DNA of 64,000 nucleotides, taken from assembly GCA_951406725.2 (NCBI GenBank), contig OX597836.1, forward strand, positions 5,766,001 to 5,830,000, given 5' to 3'. The DNA is from Octopus vulgaris. Taxonomy: Eukaryota. Positions 56,491 through 64,000 of the stretch are shown piece by piece (positions within the stretch are counted from its first letter, which is position 1; every line of letters begins with the position of its first letter). Position numbers and translations under genes: made by a program. The notes under the pieces were generated by a model, which worked only from the letters and a program-made list of their open reading frames with translations, ran no database searches and had not been told where the DNA came from.

Positions 56491-56567
56491 CCCGTACACA
56501 CACACAAACACACACACATATATGTGTGCATGTGTGTCAGTGTGTGTTTGTACAAATATAAATGTGC

Positions 56568-56608
<41 letters not shown>

Positions 56609-56736
56609 CATATATGTATATATACATACGTATATAGACGTATATATATATATATACACATAGATACATGCATATATATATATATATGTTCGTATGTGTG
56701 TGTATATTTATATATACACATAGATTATGTATATGC

Positions 56737-56793
<57 letters not shown>

Positions 56794-57836
56794 TTATATA
56801 TATATATATATATACACACACATACATATATAAAATGCTTAACATCCAACAACGTACACGTGCACATATTTGTGTGCGTCTGTGCATGTATATATATATA
56901 TATATATACACAAGCATATACTCTTTATGTGTGCGTGTGTATGCATATATGATGCACTCACATTCACTGTAACATGCTTCTCAAGGTACACACACACATC
57001 TCAACATGGATACAGACTCAAGCACGTACACACACACACACACACACACTCAAACACACACACACGCACACATATACATTCACATGCGACGGAGACAGAA
57101 GCGACCGCCTTGTCATTCTTACATGTTATCTCTCTCTCGTTGAGTGCAGCTCCTGTAACACACTCCCCCCCCTCGTCTCACTTCACCTCCTCCTCCGACT
57201 CCTCATCCTCGTCCGACTCCTCCTTCCCCTCTAACGAGAAACACTCAAATCGTCTCGCTAATAAATCTCTACTAATTAATGATTCAATGATTCTTTCACA
57301 TGATAGATGAGTTAAGATTTAATTAAGCAAAAGTGTTTCCGCTCCAGTAACACGCCTAAGCGCTTATTATTGTATCTGTGTACGCTGGATGTGCGTACAC
57401 AGGATTTTAAGCTTCGGCTTTGAAAAGAAAAATATCAGTGAGCCACGGGGTTTGTGGAGGCTAAAGTAGAAAGAAGAATGTTCCAGTCACAGCGTACAGC
57501 AGGTCGGTCTTGGAGCAGGTATCCATTCCGTACGTGACGATACAGGGTGTTCGGTTGTAAAGTTATTTCTCTGAGGTTAAGAGTGGAGAGTTATAGAGAC
57601 GGAGACGCTGTAGATTATAGTCGAGCTGACTCCTTCTCTGTCTCACTCTGTCTCTCTCTGTCTCTCTCTTTCTCTCTCTCTTTCTCCATCTCTGTCTCTA
57701 TGTCTCTCTCTCTCTCTCTCTCTCTCGCTTTCTCCATCTCTGTCTCTGTCTCTGTCTCTATCTGTCTCTCTCTCTCTTTCTCCATCTCTGTCTGTGTCTC
57801 TGTCTCTCTCTTTCACAATCTCTGTCTCTGTCTCTC

Positions 57837-57882
<46 letters not shown>

Positions 57883-58114
57883 CTGCTCTTTCTTTCCAGT
57901 GCCTGTCTGTCTGTCTGTCGACCTGGTTGCCTGGTTGGCCCTCTCATTTTCTCTGCCTTTTTGGTCGTAAAACTGAGTACGTATTCATAGGCTACACACG
58001 TACACATACACACACACCCACACGTACACCCACACACTTATATATATATATATATGTATGTATATATTTATGTTGTTATGTACGTGTATACATACGCACA
58101 TACATACACACACG

Positions 58115-58149
<35 letters not shown>

Positions 58150-58411
58150 TCATAGATATAGACACACACACACACACATATATACACACACATACACACA
58201 CGCATATATATATGGGGTGATGGGTCCACGGTGACTACGACGACAGCAGTCTGTGATGACGTAATGACGGCTGGTAAGCCAATATTTCGAAGTCGTTGTC
58301 AATATATTCCTTGCAAAAATTAATTATTATCTCCTCCACTAAACACCACTGAGTGCCCCCCCCCCCAGTTCAGTATAAATTCACATAAGCACAATCACAC
58401 ACATGTATACA

Positions 58412-58447
<36 letters not shown>

Positions 58448-59508
58448 TACATACATGTACACACACACAAAAATACATATATATATGTATATATATGTTT
58501 TTATACAGGTATACGCATACACATAATCATCTCCTTCATCCTCCCTCTCCTCCTCATCCTAATCGCCAACTTTTCGTCCATTTTCTATACTCACGTGGGT
58601 TGGCTGGATCTGCTTTATCTCAGTGACTTTTTTTTGTTTTTGTCTTCTTTGTTTTGTTTTCGAAATTTCTGACTTTCTAGAGAGTTCGGAGAACCACGAC
58701 AAGCCTCAGAGCTCTATTCCTGTCATGTATTTATTTTCGAATATTTTTAAAACTGTTTCTATAGTTTGTAGACCTTCCCTAACACCAACCAATTTAGAAA
58801 GAGCATCTTGTGAATTTTATCGACGCACCAGCCCTAATAAATTCGTATGCATTCGACACCGCAAAAGTTGCCTCCCTAATCTTCGCTATTTCTGTTGCTT
58901 AGAAAAATACATCCATAAAATGTTTCCACGTACATATTACTCTGGCACGAGCACTGTAGGGTCGTCTTGTCGCCAGCAAGACTAAAACGTTACCTCTGCT
59001 CCACGTTGTTTCGGTTCGTTCAAGGTAAACGAGATTAAAACGGTGAGATGTTGTGTAATCATTTTCATGCATCCATGGTGTAAAATTCGCTTCTTCAGGT
59101 GATTCTTTTAAATAAGTTGTTCGTTTGATCCTCTCTCGCCATTTCAGTCAATGTGGATAATTGCATACCCAGAGTGATGATGACATTTACGGAAGTTCAT
59201 AGACAATCCGAAGCCCATAGATACAGTGACAGACAAAATACATTTAATAGACGCATGAGTGTGGGGTGGGAGTGCGCGCATTTGTAGCCCAACACCACTT
59301 AAAAGGTGATGTTAGTGTGTCACTTACTAGATCGGTAAAAGAGAGCAATAGTCTAAGCATCAGGTTTAAGAAATAAAGACCTGTGTCGATTTGTTCGATT
59401 GAAAGTTCTTCAGAGCTGTGCCCCAGCATAGCTGCAGTCTGATGACTGAGAGAAGTTAAAGATGAAAAGTAAAATATGAAAGATAAAAGATATGCGTATG
59501 TATATGCA

Positions 59509-59581
<73 letters not shown>

Positions 59582-59618
59582 GTATATCTTTCTGTCTTTC
59601 TATCTGTCAGTCTGTCTA

Positions 59619-59676
<58 letters not shown>

Positions 59677-60396
59677 ATTATTTCTCTTTCTCTCTCCCCC
59701 ACTCTCTCACTCTCTCTCTCTCTATCTATTTATCTATCCATATATCTGTCTATCTCTTTGTATGCATGTATGTATCTACTTATATATATATTTATACACA
59801 CACACACACTCGCCCATATTAGTAAAAGATTGCTGCCTAAACAATACCAATGCTTTCGTATTGTCTTCACCATTGTTTCACATTTCCCATCTACAGACTC
59901 ATCTCTTGGTCGCTTCCTCTCCATTTTCTCCCATTTTCTTCTCTTCTCCCAGACGGAGGTAGACTACAACATACTTTAAACTAACGCATAAATTAGAAAA
60001 ATCTTTTGATATTTTTGCTAAATATTTTTGGAGTTGAATAACAGTGTTACTGAATGTCAATAAAGTCGATTTTAGAAAACGATAATTAATACTTTAAATG
60101 AACTTGAAAAAAAAAGTAAATAAAGGAAGGAAAAAAATCACGGGAACAAGAAGAAAACTATTAAAAAGATTCGGGAGTAACTACAATGCCGTTAAATGTA
60201 AATTATGTAATTGTTTGAACAATTTTAGGAAATGAAAGAAAAATAAGAATCAGAGTAATTGTTGGATATTCAGTAATTTAAACATGGTTAGTAATATTTT
60301 CGGGGAGAAATGGGGAAAGGTCTGGTATTTTGGATTCAGGATACTTTCAATATTGGAAATGCAGGCCTTCAACAACAGCAGCAGCAGCAACACACA

Positions 60397-60561
60397 AGCG
60401 CATAGGTGACTGTGTGGTAAGTAGCTTGCTTACCAACCACATGGTTCCGGGTTCAGTCCCACAGCGTGGCACTTTGGGCAAGTGTCTTCTACTATAGCCT
60501 CGGGCCGACCAAAGCCTTGCGAGTGGATTTGATAGACGGAAACTGAAAGAAGCCCGTCGTA

Positions 60562-60637
<76 letters not shown>

Positions 60638-60843
60638 TGTGTCTGTGTTTGTCCGCCCAACATCGTTTGACAACTGATGCTGGTGTGTTTACGTCCCCCT
60701 AACTTAGCGGTTCGGCAAAAAAGACCGATAGAATAAGTACTAGGCTTACAAAGAATAAGTCCTGGGGTCGATTTGCTCGACTAAAAGGTGGTGCTCCAGC
60801 ATGGCCACTGTCAAATGACTGAAACAGGTAAAAGAGTAAAGAG
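60397..60843 (+). mobile_element. Full-length SINE family B (tRNA-like head, internal (TA)n(TG)n tract, 3' module)
   Basis: Head tgtgtggtaag...gggttcagtcccac, body to aaactgaaagaagcccgtcg, then the microsatellite, then gatgctggtgtgtttacgtcccc...ctggggtcgatttgctcgactaaa...gactgaaacaggtaaaagagtaaa. Confidence 0.85.
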
Positions 60844-61259
60844 AGAGTAACACATGCGCACCCATACATACACACCTTTGTATATGTATTCCAAGTTTGT
60901 ATTATAAAAATTCTCACTCGTTTACATTATAGAGAGCAAAAATATAGAGATAAATATAACTAGCAAAATATCTGTAATTCCTACAAATAATCTTGTTGTT
61001 GCAGCATGGGAATAGGTATGAGTTCTTGTTCTTGTGGTGTTTAAGACAACCCTCCTAGTGCTGGTGCTACAGTAAGAGGGAACACCCAGTGCACACTGCA
61101 ATGTGATTGAGCATCCTATAATTTGGAGTATATTATTCATATTTATTTTCTCCCAAAAGAAACTTGAAGATTTTTTGGCGTGAAGAAGGAAAAGAAGTAA
61201 GGTAGAAACGGTGATGTCCAAACAATGTAGCTACTCACGAGCGGAAAATAGTTGATGAG

Positions 61260-61324
<65 letters not shown>

Positions 61325-61506
61325 AAAATAAGACAAGGTAAAAATGCTAAAGTAATTTTATCATGAAGTAGATTTAAGTACCGGTTTCCACGCTTTAGAC
61401 TTTTTCAACTAGGAGTATAATACGAAACAAATAAATTGAAGACAAAAAATTGAATGAAATGTTGTATAGATATTTCTATGTTTTGTGGATATTTCCATAG
61501 TCTTCA

Positions 61507-61547
<41 letters not shown>

Positions 61548-61664
61548 ACTCTCTCTCTCTCTGTCTCTCTTCCTTTGTGAATGCATCGCAGATGGGTAGT
61601 AGTAAACTCGTGTGTTCTACCTTCTACATATATATATGTGTGTGTATGTGTGTGTGTCTACGTA

Positions 61665-61717
<53 letters not shown>

Positions 61718-62537
61718 CAACACACATGCTGTTGCTGATTTTTTCCCTTTATTGAACACTTCCGTTTCACATTCCGACGAAGAGCTAATACTCGAAACGT
61801 CAAAAGCACTTTCTTCCTTTCTTCTTACCGAGCGACAAACTAAAACGTTACATGTGCATGTCCTCTTCTTGATTGCTACTGATATTTTTCATGTTCGTTT
61901 ATTCGATTTGCCATATAATTTACTATTCCGTTAAGGTAAGATTATCAAAAACGTACTCAATTCAGTGAGAGAGTAACACCAATTAACGTACGCAGTATTT
62001 AAGATAGAAGCTACCAATAGTTTCCCGCGAGTGAGACATTGTGATTGGGCAGTTTTCTACCCTTCCTTTATCAGTATTTATTTACCCTTTGTTTTCACAT
62101 GCTACATTTTATATGAAGCTTTCCATACTTTTTCGTAGTTTCTCATATACCTGGATCTTCATTTTCACATAGATATACCCATGTACTCTGAGCCTGAGGA
62201 TTGCTTGGATACACTAATCTCGTTGTATAAAGCTGCTTAACCATGGTGTCTCTATGTCGAGAGACTGTTAGTAGATTTTAATTTACAAACCGTATATATG
62301 TATTGCGCTCGCACACACTCATCCACACACACACACACAAACAAACACACAGGCACACATACACACAAGTTAATCGTTTCTATTATATTTAATTCAATGT
62401 ACGATCGTTTAAATAGCTTTTTCATTGAAAATATTATTACAAATTTTCGACTCATTTTACACGATTTTCCATTTACACGGCGACGCGTGGAACCAATGAA
62501 GCGTGCGACCGAAGAGCAATAAAACTATGTGTATGTG

Positions 62538-62572
<35 letters not shown>

Positions 62573-62673
62573 ATTTATGTGAGTGTGCGTGCGTATATAT
62601 ACACACACCGGTACGCCACACCACACACATACGCACACAGAAACACACATATACACAAACACACACAGATATG

Positions 62674-62722
<49 letters not shown>

Positions 62723-62965
62723 ATATATATATATATATATAGATATATATATAGGCTGTTTACAACTTAAAGGTGTATATATATGTGTGTATGTGTGTGT
62801 GTGCACAATGTACATACATAAGCATACATATATATACATATATATTTTTATGCATGTAAGTGTGTAAGCGTCTGTATATTTTATTACTATAAGTATATAT
62901 GTATATACATATATATGTATATATATGTATATGTATGTACGTATGTATATGTATACATATATATA

Positions 62966-63008
<43 letters not shown>

Positions 63009-63456
63009 ATATTTATATATACCCAGACGTGTGTGTGTGTGTGTGTGTGTGTGCGTACTTTAATAGCTTTTCAGAATTCCATCAAAAAATAATAGGCGTG
63101 GAATTTGTAGAGCAAAGAGTTCGAAAATCTATAAGTCTATATTAAAGTGCTGGTGATAATAGTGATGTTGATGCTGATGATGTGAAGAGAGAAAGGTGTG
63201 CGCGCGTTTGTGAAACAGTGTTTCTGTATGCGAGGCATTGTAATTAACGAACAGACCGACCGGAATAACAGAATGCAATCCAGTAAACGTTTTAGCTTAC
63301 ACTTTCCAACATTGGAAGAATTGCTTAATCATGGTTCTTTTCTCTTGGAGAGAAATGCTGTCTGCTGCACATAGAGGAATCACAGCCATTGCTAGAATTC
63401 TCATTATGCCCCCCCTCTCTCTCTCTCTTACACACTCTATCTCTCCCCCTCTCTAA

Positions 63457-63494
<38 letters not shown>

Positions 63495-63584
63495 ATCTCA
63501 GGGTCACTCTCTGTTCTGCACACGTGTCCATACATAGATACATACATTCATACACGCACAACCACACACATACGCACTACTATG

Positions 63585-63667
<83 letters not shown>

Positions 63668-63768
63668 ACAATCATATATGAAATCACTTCCGCATTGTTT
63701 TATTTGTTCACTTACACAATCGAATTGTGAATCAATCTATTTATCTATTTATCTATCTATCTACCTAC

Positions 63769-63847
<79 letters not shown>

Positions 63848-63877
63848 AATCTATCTATCTATCGATCTGTCTATTTG

Positions 63878-63940
<63 letters not shown>

Positions 63941-64000
63941 CTATTTATCTATCTCTCTCTCTCTCTCTATCTGTCTATCTACCTATATATATATTTATCA

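Overview
This is AT-rich eukaryotic genomic DNA saturated with microsatellites. The repeat repertoire looks like an octopus or other coleoid cephalopod, but I recognised this by eye and did not verify it. There is one credible host coding exon: the first coding exon of a stargazin/TARP (CACNG, PMP22-claudin family) gene at 31293-31491 (+). Everything downstream appears to be its intron, since I found no second exon. The rest is interspersed repeat: at least three tRNA-derived SINE families with swapped modules, a 5'-truncated Tx1/L1-type LINE with an intact ORF fragment, a CR1-type 3' end, a fold-back mariner derivative, a ~38-bp minisatellite and many simple repeats. Almost all ORFs in the supplied track are microsatellite artefacts. 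The most notable observations are: (1) three separate 3' ends of the Tx1-like LINE, all sitting in (TATC)n arrays, suggesting a GATA-microsatellite-targeting retrotransposon; (2) several minimal hammerhead-ribozyme-like motifs in short elements lodged in or near (TA)n tracts, some inside large palindromes, suggesting Penelope/retrozyme-like elements; (3) a ~700-bp nested fold-back inside the intron; (4) a minisatellite carrying repeated CRE and octamer motifs. All alignments were done by eye, so repeat boundaries are approximate.
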